Numbered from the stretch's first letter, positions 13,760 to 25,829 are shown. The stretch is 64,000 nucleotides of DNA from Eledone cirrhosa (GCA_964016885.1 OZ024747.1:31000001-31064000), one strand, 5' to 3'. The notes: generated from the sequence alone by a model not told the origin. Program-made: numbers and translations.

Positions 13760-14280
13760 TTGGATTAACTCTTTTCCTCCCTCCTCCACTTTTCTCCATT
13801 TCTCTCTCCCTCCCCTCACTCATTCCCCCCTCTCTCTCAGCCCCCTTACCACTCTCTTTACACTGTTCTCACTGAGAATAGACGTGTTTCTCTTAGCTCT
13901 CTCACTTTTAATATGGCCCCTGGGCCTAAACCCAACTGCCTTGTTTTAACTTTGTCCTCTCTCTCTCCCCTCGGTTACTTACTTATATGTGCTATTGTCC
14001 TGTGTTTCTCTCCTCTAACGATATGTTTTTTTGTCTTTTTTTGTCTTTTTTTCTATCTTTCTCTCTCTTCGCAATCGCCTCTTTTATGTCTTTTCTTTCC
14101 CTCATAACTTGTTGATTATAAGTTATGGGTGCCCTAGGGATAGATGTTTTGTCTATAATGCACTGAAACATCCGTGACTTGTAGTAGACAACTGATGATG
14201 GGAAAATGTCTATCTCTTGTTTGTGTTACCTTGACTTTCTAACACTCATTATCACTAACCACACAGCCACGTCCCTCTCA
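13760..14280 (+). repeat. Pyrimidine-rich interspersed repeat carrying the permuted hammerhead-like motif (copy 1)
   Basis: Shares the GATRT-H-TTGTCT...GAAAYATC...AGACAA-CTGATGA motif with 19200-19770 and 43690-44430. Confidence 0.6.
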
Positions 14281-14302
14281 ATCCATATTTATAAATATAC
14301 AT

Positions 14303-14345
<43 letters not shown>

Positions 14346-14348
<3 letters not shown>

Positions 14349-14603
14349 TGTTTCCTTGAGCAAGACACTTTATTTTACATTGCTCCAGTTTACTCAGCTG
14401 TATAAATGAGATGATAGGGACTAGTCCCTAGCATTCCACTGCAAAGTGATTGTGACGGTGCCTCAGCAAAAAAAAGCACCCAGCACTCACTGTAAATGAG
14501 GTTGGTGTTAGGAAGGGCATCCAGCTGTAGAAATCAAGCCAGAATCAGTTCCCGTCCCACCGTTGCAAGCAGGGAAAAGCGGACGTAAAATGATGATGAT
14601 GAT
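14346..14603 (+). mobile_element. CORE-like SINE, 5'-truncated
   Basis: CCTTGAGCAAGACACTT...CCAGTTTACTCAGCTGTATAAATGAG resembles the CORE domain. Ends in an RTE-derived tail with (GAT)n. Confidence 0.8.
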
Positions 14604-14854
14604 ATATATATATAAGTAGATGGTTGAAGCATACAGACGTGTTTTTTTATTTCTCTCTTCCAAAGTCAGTAGCAAGCTACACAGCTACAAGGCCTAACTG
14701 ATCACACACATATATATATATATATATATTGGAAATCACGTGTTTATCTACAAACTCGTTAGTATGTTTTTTGACTACAGATTATTATATACAGTCGTTT
14801 TTCTTTTAATATCTTCAAAGAAGCAAATAAACAAAAGTTCACATCCATAAAAGA

Positions 14855-14905
<51 letters not shown>

Positions 14906-14906
14906 T

Positions 14907-15030
14907 AAAATAACAGATTAAAGTTTAAGCAACGAATCGCTGCTTTCACCCTTAACGGGATCTGAAACTCAGAAGATCCTATTAAGGGTGAAAGTAGCAA
15001 TTCTTTGCTTAAACTTTAATCTGTTATTTT
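14907..15030. repeat. Foldback palindrome in (TA)n containing a hammerhead variant
   Basis: 14907-14963 is the reverse complement of 14974-15030. Motif CAGAAGA-TCCT ATTA AGGG-T-GAAA-GTAGC...TGC-TT. A homolog lies at 32611-32680. Confidence 0.75.
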
Positions 15031-15111
15031 GATAAATATTTGCTCTATATTTGCTCTATATTTATCCTTATCGAGCCCTCTTTGGATTTTAGTCTTCACA
15101 TTTATTATTAT

Positions 15112-15155
<44 letters not shown>

Positions 15156-15699
15156 CTTTAATATCTTCAGATAACCAATGGCTCATATATCTAAAGTCAA
15201 AACATGACTACGAACCAGCAGGTTTACTGAAATTGACTTCTTAATAACCACATGGTTTTCTCTCTCCCAAACAAAAAACAAATGCTTCATGTCTAATGAG
15301 ACTGCTGAAAAAACACCACAAACACTCAACACGCCGTCTGTTAAACAGATACACAACAAACTTAAACATATCAAATTTTCTTTCAAACTAATTCAGAGCC
15401 CTTTTGAAAAACTTTGATATATTTACTCTTCAAATATTGGTTAAACACAACAACAACAACAACAGCCAGAAAATCAAAACAGCCATAGCAACAACAAAAC
15501 AGGAAGAGCTACTCCTAAATTCCAGCATAATAGCTGATTTACTGAATGATAGTATCTCTTCACCATTCTCACAGCAACCACCACAATTATCATCATCATC
15601 ATCACGACTGCTGCCACCATCGTCTTCTACCACCTCAGCTACTAATAATAAACCACTGCTTTCTTCCCCCACATCGCCACCTCAATTCTACTGTAGTAT

Positions 15700-18230
15700 A
15701 AAAATCTTTAAAACTCTATGAAGCAGAATGCCCCTCCTCCTCCATGACACAAAGAAGAAAGCCCAAAACATGCCATTACACACTACATCAGAGGTTCTGC
15801 ACACGTAGCAACTGGATCTTCACACATCTACCTGGCACTAGACGCACAAACACTACCAGCCAACGCCAAATCATGCGTCCTACAATAACATTAACAGCAA
15901 CACCACCAAATAGTAAATTGAACACTAAAACAGGCATAAGTCGGAATCCCAAAATATTTCCAATGCAAGAGCCTATCTGCTGCATGACTGTCCCTTCACT
16001 CACCTTCCAGGGATTCAATGCACTAACAGAAATGGGGCTCCAAGCCAATACAGTAAAAACACCCTCTGCTACAGTAATGCTGGTCAAGTCTTTTCAAAAC
16101 AACAACAACAAAAATGGGAACTACAATCCTATCTAACAATGCAACCACAATTCCACTCAAAAACTGCTTCCTAAACAGGAAAATTCTTTTTTAGCCCTGT
16201 TGAACCTGGCAAAAGAGATACAAAAAAGCCTTTTAGCCATCACTCAACACCATCCTATGCTATTACCTCAGTGCACCAACCCCCCACATTGCTGACACTA
16301 ACACACAATCACAAAACCAGCCACCACACTAGCCTCCACATTCTTACTCAATACACAAGGTATCAGCCCATCCATCAATGCACAAAAATGGAAGATCCAA
16401 TTCATTGAGGATTGGGTTGGTAACCATCTACTCCACATCCCTTTCTTTATTCTTACTGAAACCCACCTTGACAACTCACCCCTAGAAGCTGAAGTAAGAG
16501 TGAGGAATTTCACAACGATCCGCGCGGATATTGTCGACAGAAGGAAGGGTGGAACTGGCATTTTTCTGCATGATTTCTTTACAGCAGATGGAAATATCAC
16601 ATTCTCCAATGGCTACTGTTAATCAGTCACCATGCGCAACAAAACCAATGATGTGATAGTAGTTGGGCTCTATATGCCACCCCGAACACCCATTATATGC
16701 TTTAAAGAATACCTCAACAGCATTAAGTGCTTTATTCAACAGTGCCATTCTAATAACATACTTATGATGGGAGACTTTAAACTACCCTGTGTTGATTGGT
16801 CTACAAACAGTTTGAAACCAGGCACTCCCACTTCAACAAAGAAGCAATTAAGTCACTTCTCGACTTTATAAATGAGTTTTTCTTGTCCCAACTTTTCCTT
16901 GCACCAACAAGATATCAGAGGAACATTTTGGATCTAGTGTTCAGTAACCACACTAACACTATACATAATATTACAGTTGAAAAAACCCTTCTTTCAGATC
17001 ATGACATAGATCTTTGTAACCTGAGATTCCACCAGCCAAAAGCTAATCCTAGTGACATTCTCTTCAGCTCACCCATTTGATAACATGGATATCTATAATG
17101 CCAAATGGGATGCAATCATGAACGAGCTATCACATCTTTTACAGATGCACACACTTCCCCCAACATCAAAGCATATTCGCAGATCTTTGTAGACACTGTC
17201 ACAAACATATGTGCAAAACACACCCCACCAATATCTGTGAACAAAACTAAGTACAGAATCCCCCAAAACAGGAAAACTATTATCAGAAAAATAAAAAGAG
17301 CATACAAAAAAATTAACTAACTAAAATACTGCCAACAGCAACACACACATTTGATGGCTATCACACTGTTTGAATAGCACCCTCCAAGATAATGCCAAAA
17401 CCATTGGCGAGATACTGCAGAAACAATACTGCTTTGTTTTCAGCAAACCTGATATGGCCGATCTGGGCTGTATCAGTGATGTTAATCTTCAACACACTAT
17501 ATCGGACATAAAATTTGGCGCCCCTGATGTCTTAGTGGCTATAAATAAAATTAAACACAATTCAGCAGTAGGCCCCAATAGGTTCCCTGCTCGTGTCAAC
17601 ACCAACTTGCTAATCTGTGGAGGAACTCACTGGACACTGGCTATATTCCTGAAAACTTTCTGTCCCAGTTTTCAAAAAGGGAAACAAGTCCCTTGCAGTG
17701 AACTACCGTCCGATCTCACTCACCTCTCATATCAAGGTATTTGAGAGGGTGGTGAGATCCCGAATAACCCCCTTTCTTGAAAGCAACAGACTGCTGAACT
17801 CCAACCAACATGGGTTCTGTAATGCAATGGACTGCCTAACGCAGCTCCTGCATCACTTTGATGATATTTTGGAAGCTTTGGTAGAGGTCTCCAAAACTGA
17901 TGTCATCTACCTTGACTTCAGCAAGGCTTTTGACAGGGTTGATCATAAGATTCTACTAAAAAAACCATCCAACATTGGTGTCACTGGAAAGTTACTAGAG
18001 TGGATCAAGTGTTTCCTGACAGACAGAGCCCAACATGTTGTAGTCGAAGGAGTAAAATCAAGCCCAGCCAAAGTCAGCAGTGGCATTCCGCAAGGCACTG
18101 TGTTGGGCCCACTTCTTTTCATCATCTACATTAATGATGTTACTGACATCATGAAGCACAGCAACATAAGAATCTTTGCAGATGCTTCAAAGCACCAGAA
18201 GGTCATCAATGAAGTGGGTGACTGGACTTA
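15700..18230 (+). mobile_element. CR1/L2-group LINE, decayed (ORF1 remnant, AP-endonuclease, RT)
   Basis: Endonuclease motifs LTETHLD, RRKGGTGIF, VVGLYMPP, MGDFKLPCVDW, PTR..NILDLVF and LSDH. RT motifs NYRPISLTS, NQHGF, IYLDFSKAFDRVDH, SGIPQGTVLGPLLF and IFADAS. Confidence 0.88.
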
Positions 18231-19199
18231 TAGTGGCATTTTTATACTATCTACACATAGCCGCATAATTTTGGTTCGAGATATGGTTTCCTAATGAAAG
18301 TTTAAATTAGTAAATAAGACTAAATAACCAAAATTAAAGGTTTTGAATTGTAGTAAATTGAAGAATATAATCTAAAAGGTATAGAATGCGATAACTTAAA
18401 CGAAAACTAGTAAATATCATCCTCCATCAGATGAATTAATACACATAGTGGGAGATAAAAAATATCGGTAAAGAGCATGGTAAGTACACATACATATAGA
18501 CACACACATACAGATAGTGCATGCATACACACATGCATATATATATATATATATATACATATATATACATGTGTATATATATATATATATATACATGCAC
18601 ATACACATATGTGTGTGTATATAAACACACACACCCATATACATAGCTGAGTATATTAAGATAGAAATAGGGTAGAATTGGTAAATATAGTGATTTTCAC
18701 TACATTCTCGAATTAGTGACATTTAATGGCTTAAAATTATACTTAGACAATAGAATTGTCCCTCCCTCGCAAACAGAATTATTTCATGTTCTAGATATTA
18801 TATTTTCGTATTGGAAATTAAAGTTATCACTACCAATGAAAAGTAGAAATTGAAAACTCTGTTTTAAGTAAGTAAGGAATATATCCTAAAATGTGGAGCG
18901 TGAAAATTTAAGAAAAAATGAAATTAGCAATGAAAAACGATGAAAAAATGAAAAGTATGAAAATAAATAAATAAAACAATGAAAATAACGAAGAAAACAA
19001 TGAAAATAACATAGTGATAGAGGAAAAAAATAATATATATGAAAATACATAAGGATAGGTTAAAAGTACTTATAGAGAGCTGAAAAGAAAATATGTAAGA
19101 ACCATGTATGCATGCTTATCAAGACAGAAAGGGTTGGTACTGTGAATTCTATAACATACACATTCCATTGAGAGAAATCAGGTAATTTAGTCTTTGTAG

Positions 19200-19770
19200 T
19201 GTGCTTACAACTACAGAGCCAATCCTATTCTCCTTATATCTTATCATGTCTCGCTGTGACCCGTCTTCTCTCTCCTTCTACCTACCTATTTTGTTGCTAT
19301 CTATTCTTCCCCCTCTTTCCTTCTCTGTATTTCTCCCTCTTTCTGGTAGCCACCTCATTGTTTCCATCGACTGAACCTCTAGCAGTTCTTTTCTCACTCC
19401 ACTCGGTAGGATCAGACGTGTCTTTTCGCTTGTCCGCACAATCTGGAACTTTTGTTCAGTAATCGGCGTGGACTTGAATTATCTTTCTTCAAATTGCTTG
19501 AACACTCTTTCATGTTTTTTAAATTTTTTTCCACTTTATTCGTTATTTTTTTCTTTTCTCCTTTTTTCTCTTTTGCCCTCTGTTATCCTATATTTTCTTT
19601 CCCTCCCTCCTTCGTTTTCCCAATAATGTACCTAGTTATTGAACGCACTCGGGGTAGATATCTTGCCTTTAATGCGTAGAAATATCCGAGACCCTCAGCA
19701 GACAACTGATGAGGAAAATTCCCATCCCCACCGTTCTTGCTTTCTTCTTATTCTTATTTTTAAGCATACA
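19200..19770 (+). repeat. Interspersed repeat with the permuted hammerhead-like motif (copy 2)
   Basis: Clearly homologous to the reverse complement of 43690-44205. Motif at 19657-19712. Confidence 0.8.
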
Positions 19771-19862
19771 TATATGTATGTATACACATATATACATATA
19801 TATATACATATACATATATATGCATGTACATATATATATATATACATATACATATATATATT

Positions 19863-22172
19863 TCATCCTCATCACCATTTTACGTTCGTTCTTCCAAGAT
19901 AGCATGGGTTAGACGGGTTGTCCTGTTGTGGGCAGTGTCCGGTCGGCTGACCTTGTCTTGCTCATACGGGAACTGATTCTGGCTTGATTTCTACAGCTGA
20001 ATGCCCTTCCTAACACCAACCTCATTTACAGTGAGTGCTGGGTGCTTTATTCCGTGGCGCCTACATGTGCACTTCACAGTGTGGGCTGGGTGCTTTTTTG
20101 CCGTGGCACCTCTACAACCACTCTGCAGTGGGAGGGTATGGGGGCATATTGTCTATATGCTTCAGCTTCGGCTTTTACCCATGGGGGGATCTTGTCATCT
20201 CTATTACTGCGTGACGCCAGAGGTCATGGTCGCGTGTCATCGCCTTTGAGAGGTGTAATTGGGTAAGGTCGGCTTTTATCACCTCATCCCAGGTCTTCTT
20301 GGGTCTCCCCACTCCGCGGTTTCCATCGACTTCTACTGCTCTACACCTTTTTATGCAGCTGTCATCCTTCATACACATCACATGTCCATGCCAACGCAAC
20401 TGCCTCTCCTGCACACAGCATTTGATTCCTCTTATGCTCAGTCTCTCTCTCAATTCATTTATGCTTTGCCGTTCGTGTATTACACATCCATTGGAGCATG
20501 CAGGCTTTGTTTCTTTCTAATCTACGCAAGTCTTCCACAGACAGCGCCCAGGTCTCACTACCATGTAAGATTGCTGTTTGTATACACACATCATACAGTC
20601 TGCTTTTCATTTTGAGGGAAAAGCCTTTTGCAGCTAGCAGTGGCAGTAGCTCCCTGAACTTCTTCCATCCCATTATTACCCTAGTTATTGTACTTTCCGA
20701 ACACCCACCTCCGCTGCTAATTCGGTCACCTAGGTAGCAGAAGCTGTCTACTGTTTATACAAAGCCCTCACAGACTTTGGTGGTACTTGTTTCTTGTGGC
20801 TGTTTCCTGCTTGCTGTCTCAGCACAGCTGTTACATGTGAAGCTTACATTCAAAGTTAAGCTTCCTGAGATCTCGCTATATCTCTTGTGTACCCATTGTT
20901 TGCATTTGGGGCAGAGAATGGAGTTCCTACCTACACCTTTCCTACATACTGAGCAAGGTCATTTCCCTGAGGGGATCTGGGTTCTGTTGTCTCGTCTACT
21001 TACAAGGACCTTAGTCTTTGTCAGGTTGACTTTGAGACCCTTTCTTTCTAGTCCCAGCTTCCAAGTTTGGAATTTCTTCTCTAGTTCTACCATAGATTCA
21101 GCTATAACTGCGAGGTCATCTGCATACAAGAGTTCCCATGGGCATCCGGTCTTAAACTCTTCCGTTATTGCCTGCAGGACTATGATGAACAGAGTCCTGG
21201 TGGACACCAACCTGTACGCTAAATTCCTTGCTATACTCATTGTTAATCCTATCTTTGCTGACTGCTCCCCTATACATGGTTTGAACAGCTTTCACAAGCC
21301 ATTCATCTACTCCTAGTTTTCTAAGAGCCCACCAGATTATAGCACAGGGAACTCTGTCAAAAGCTTTCTCGAGATCGACGAATGCCAAGTAGAGTGACTT
21401 ACTTTTAGCTAGGTACTTTTCCTGTAACTGCCTCACAAGAAGAGGCAATCAGTGGTACATCTTCCTGGCACAGACCCAAATACCATCTCATCTAGTTTCA
21501 CCCGGTCCCTAATCAAGTGTGCTATAACTCTTTCTGTTACTTTCCTGACCTGGTCCATCAGCTTTATACCTCTATCGTTTCCTCTATCTAGTGCATCACC
21601 TTTACCTTCGTAGCAGTTGACAATGATGCTACTGCACCAATCTTTTGGTATGACACCTTCTAGTATTACCTGTTTAACAATACGTGTGGTTATGGTGTGA
21701 CCTACCGACCCAGATGCCTTCAGCATCTCGGCAGCTATACCCGATGGACCGATTGCCTTTCCCGTCTTCATATCTTTGATTGCCTTACTTACTACACTGT
21801 TGCTGACTTGTACTACTGGCCCCTCTATAGGGTCTACTTGAGGTAGGGTCTCTTCTTCCCATGCATTCTCCTCATTTAGTAATCTTTCATAATGACTCTT
21901 CCACGCATCTTTCTCCTCAGCACTTGTGAAGGCAAGCTCACCTTTATCATTCTGGATACACTTCTCTCCAATGACATCACAATTCTCTCTGACACACTGC
22001 CTCGCAATCTCGAGCCCCTCCTGTTTCTGGTCCTCACGTTGCAAAACATGCTTGAATTTTCTATCCTCTGCTTCTCTCCTAGCTCAGTATACTTGTTGCC
22101 TGGTCTCTATGTAATGTACCCTGCTTCCCCCATTCTATTATTTCCATGCCTGCCTCTTGGCCTTAACTGCCT
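19863..22172 (-). mobile_element. RTE LINE family A, 5'-truncated
   Basis: ORF fragments GKAIGPSGI, RGIKLMDQ, AFVDLEKAFDRVP, ELLYADDL, LHGSETW and RQLRWHGHV. 3' UTR with a degenerate (GAT)n tail at 19863. The 5' end abuts (TA)n. Confidence 0.92.
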
Positions 22173-22254
22173 CATATATATACATACAAACATATATATT
22201 TATACATACATATATATATATACATACATATATATATATATAGGAACAAGTAGG

Positions 22255-22350
22255 ACACCGACGGCTGAGCTCAAGCCGTTTCGACGGCTAATTCTGGACT
22301 AAATGAACATTTTTATCCTGGTAAATGAATAGCCGAGCTTCTCAGGGGGT
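22255..22350 (-). ncRNA. Hammerhead ribozyme-like motif with an extended helix II (variant core)
   Basis: Minus strand reads ACCCC-CTGAGAA-GCTCGGCTA...TAGCCGTC-GAAA-CGGCT TGAGCTC AGCCG-TC-GGTGT. Helix III is 5 bp with a palindromic loop, and the triplet is GUC. The core deviates from CUGANGA. Confidence 0.6.
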
Positions 22351-23405
22351 ATATAAAAAATATATGGTAAAAATGATTGTCACAAGGATTGGTCAAAAGT
22401 TTGTTGTTGAGACACATAATTCTATCATGGCATTTTGTGGAAGGAAGGGGTAGCTAAACTTGCCAGTAGAAGAAAGAGGGAGAGGGAGTGGAGGAAACCC
22501 AGTCGTGTGTTGAAAGTTACGACTACAGCAGAATCCTAAGGATAAGAGGTCAAGAGGGAGAGGGAGGAGAAGTCGAAACAATAAGTAGATCTATATGGAG
22601 TAAATCTATATAGAAAAATAAGAATGTTAAAAATATAAAAAAAATATTTAAAAAAACACAATTTCTGGTTACTATTCCCCTACCACAATCATCAAATCTC
22701 TCACTAGACTATAGAAAAGTTTAATAGGTGGGGCGGGATATTAAATACGAGATTGTAGTGAGAGAATTTTATGAGTTAGTAGTACTCGGCCTAATTTATC
22801 TTACAATGACAAACCAACAAGCAGGGGGCCAAAATACTAAAAAAACCTAATACGAAATAATTATTCCGAGTCCCGAAACTAATACGAAATATTAATTCAG
22901 ATCCCGAAAATGAATACTAATACGATATATGAGTGCCGCTAAATACATAAATTCTAATGCAAACTACATAAATGCTTGTACGATATGTAAGAAAAATTAA
23001 TACAAAAAATTAATTCAGAATCCCCCCCCCCCACCCCAATAAAAAAAAATCAATAAATAAATAAATACAGATATACGAGAAATTAAAGCAGAGATACCAC
23101 TAAGAAATCTAGAAATCACGGAAATGGGGCAGCAATCAGATAAGAAAGCAAGTATCTGGGGTCTAGCACATCTGCTATAAAAAGCGGAGTCGACCAATTC
23201 TATCATAGAATGGGGGGTGGGGGTACTGAGGCTACGGAGGACCGAAGGGCTGCCTCGGGGTGGGCGAGAATGTGAAAAGAACGACAACAAAGAAGGAGAA
23301 TGTGGTGGAAGGACTAGGAAGGGATGGGGGGAAGGAGGAAATATAGCGGAAACGATAAAAAATATATAAGAAAATCTTACGTCTACCTTTGTAAGCAGGG
23401 GTTAC

Positions 23406-23471
<66 letters not shown>

Positions 23472-23922
23472 CACATATATATATATACATATATAAATAT
23501 AAATACACACATAAATATATACACATATATATATATATATATACACATATATATATATACATATATAAATATATATATATATATACACATACATAATATA
23601 TACATATATACATGTATGTATATATATATAAAAACAAATAACGAAACGAAATTAAATTTCGTTTCGTTTGTAACTCACTTTTGTATGACTGACGCTTAAA
23701 CAATTAAGTTAAAAATGTACATCTACATATGCATACTGAAATACTAGTATCCATATGAATACACACACGTATACATATGTAGATGTACCAAGTCTTTCAC
23801 TGGTTACTTTACTGTGAGTATCCAGCTATTCTGTATGTAAACACACAGACAAACCGGTTTTTAGAGTCATACTGGTTTTTGAGGAAACACCTTTCCTCTA
23901 TTCTCCAGAAAGCCAGACAAGG

Positions 23923-23967
23923 AATATTGAACTAGTTTCGTTGTTGTTACAACTCATCAGCAATATT
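23923..23967 (-). ncRNA. Minimal type I hammerhead ribozyme
   Basis: AATATTG-CTGATGA-GTTGT AACA ACAAC-GAAA-CTAG-TT-CAATATT on the minus strand. Confidence 0.88.
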
Positions 23968-24116
23968 TACCTATCTACCGGCCTTTCTGGAGAATCGTAA
24001 AAGCACATATCGTTATATGCTTTTTCTATGAAAATTAGTAGTGGGCAGACTAATTTGCATAGAGTGTGAGTACGTACCGGTTCAACGGAGACGATAAAAA
24101 GGCCGGTAGATAGGTA

Positions 24117-24161
24117 AATATTGCTGATGAGTTGTAACAACAACGAAACTAGTTCAATATT
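24117..24161 (+). ncRNA. Minimal type I hammerhead ribozyme
   Basis: Helix I 7 bp, CUGAUGA, helix II 5 bp, GAAA, palindromic ACTAGT in place of helix III, GUU triplet. Confidence 0.9.
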
Positions 24162-24582
24162 CCTTGTCTGGCTTTCTGGAGAATAGAGGAAAGGTGTTTC
24201 CTCAAAAACCAGTATGACTCTAAAAACCGGTTTGTCTGTGTGTTTACATACAGAATAGCTGGATACTCACAGTAAAGTAACCGGTGAAAGACTTGGTACA
24301 TCTACATATGTATACGTGTGTGTATTCATATGCATACTAGTATTTCAGTATGCATATGTAGATGTACATTTTTAACTTAATTGTTTAAGCGTCAGTCATA
24401 CAAAAGTGAGTTACAAACGAAACGAAATTTAATTTCGTTTCGTTATTTGTTTTTATCGTCTCCGTTGAACCGGTACGTACTCACACTCTATGCAAATTAG
24501 TCTGCCCACTACTAATTTTCATAGAAAAAGCATATAACGATATGTGCTTTTACGATTCTCCAGAAAGGCCGGTAGATAGGTA

Positions 24583-24627
24583 AATATTGCTGATGAGTTG
24601 TAACAACAACGAAACTAGTTCAATATT
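24583..24627 (+). ncRNA. Minimal type I hammerhead ribozyme (tandem copy)
   Basis: Identical to 24117-24161 and 466 nt downstream. Confidence 0.9.
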
Positions 24628-24848
24628 CCTTGTCTGGCTTTCTGGAGAATAGAGGAAAGGTGTTTCCTCAAAAACCAGTATGACTCTAAAAACCGGTTTG
24701 TCTGTGTGTTTACATACAGAATAGCTGGATACTCACAGTAAAGTAACCAGTGAAAGACTTGGTACATCTACATATGTATACGTGTGTGTATTCATACGCA
24801 TACTAGTATTTCAGTATGCATATGTAGATGTACATTTTTAACTTAATT

Positions 24849-24947
<99 letters not shown>

Positions 24948-25011
24948 CATACATATATATATACACACACATATACATATATATATATGCACACAGATAC
25001 ACACATATATA

Positions 25012-25140
25012 TATCATCATCATCATCATCATCGTTTAACGTCCATCTTCGACGCTTGCATGGGTTGGGACGGGAATTTTCCCACTTGAGGCAAGATTGG
25101 TTGTCTTGCCCGTATAGGACTGTCTGGCGGGTTTTGCCTG
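25012..25140 (-). mobile_element. RTE 3'-terminal fragment
   Basis: (CAT)n followed by CGTTTAACGTCCATCTTC, shared with the RTE ends at 33590, 51750 and 62290. Confidence 0.75.
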
Positions 25141-25199
25141 TCTCAATTTAGGAATAAATCAAGAAAATACATACAAACCGGAAATGTGGTAACTACCAA

Positions 25200-25279
25200 T
25201 CACCCAGACAGCTTGGTGCTGTTTCACAATACTAATTAATTGTGTATAGAAATACCAATTCTTGCTCATCAGAGGCTGA
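25200..25279 (-). ncRNA. Type I hammerhead ribozyme (homolog of 36369-36451)
   Basis: TCAGCCT-CTGATGA-GCAAG...ATTGT-GAAA-CAGC ACCAA GCTG-TC-TGGGTGA. Helix I is partly decayed. Confidence 0.72.
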
Positions 25280-25443
25280 CAAATTAGTATCCTAGACACT
25301 TCTAAGTATATTAAGAAACTGAATAGTGTGCTATATATAATAATGCACATGGTATCTTAGCGTGTTTCACAAACTTACACCACTAAAAATAGCAACCAGG
25401 TTTATTCTACATTTGAAATAGCTCAACAAATTAATGGAGCCGT

Positions 25444-25587
25444 ATATATCAAAGGTATATATTGAGTTAGGAACTCAAAATAGTCTCTTACAATAAAATA
25501 GCTCTAAGCATGGAAAAATCTCTTTCTTAGAGCTATTTTATTATAAGAGACTATTTTGAGTTCCTAACTTAATATATACCTTTGATA
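25444..25587. repeat. Foldback palindrome at the end of a hammerhead-bearing repeat (family also at about 36200-36715)
   Basis: 25444-25509 is the reverse complement of about 25526-25587. Confidence 0.85.
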
Positions 25588-25620
25588 AGTATACATATAT
25601 ATATATATATTTACATATAA

Positions 25621-25674
<54 letters not shown>

Positions 25675-25829
25675 TTACATATAGACATATATATATGTAT
25701 ATATATATGTGTGTGTGTATATATATGCATATATATATATATATGTGTGTGTGTGTGTAAATAGATATGCACATATATATATATAAAGATATGAGTATGC
25801 ATATATATATTATAAAAAATGATATGCAT

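Larger units (their letters stand above)
23631..24852 (+). mobile_element. Non-coding retrozyme / PLE pLTR-like element: one inverted copy plus a partial tandem of a 466-bp unit
   Basis: 23631-24100 is the reverse complement of the unit repeated in 24101-24852. Copies are near-identical, flanked by (TA)n, with one hammerhead per unit. Confidence 0.9.

Noticed and set aside
18405-18440. Minus-strand CTGATGG as a hammerhead core
   Set aside because: No GAAA/NUH strand with a matching helix I was found.
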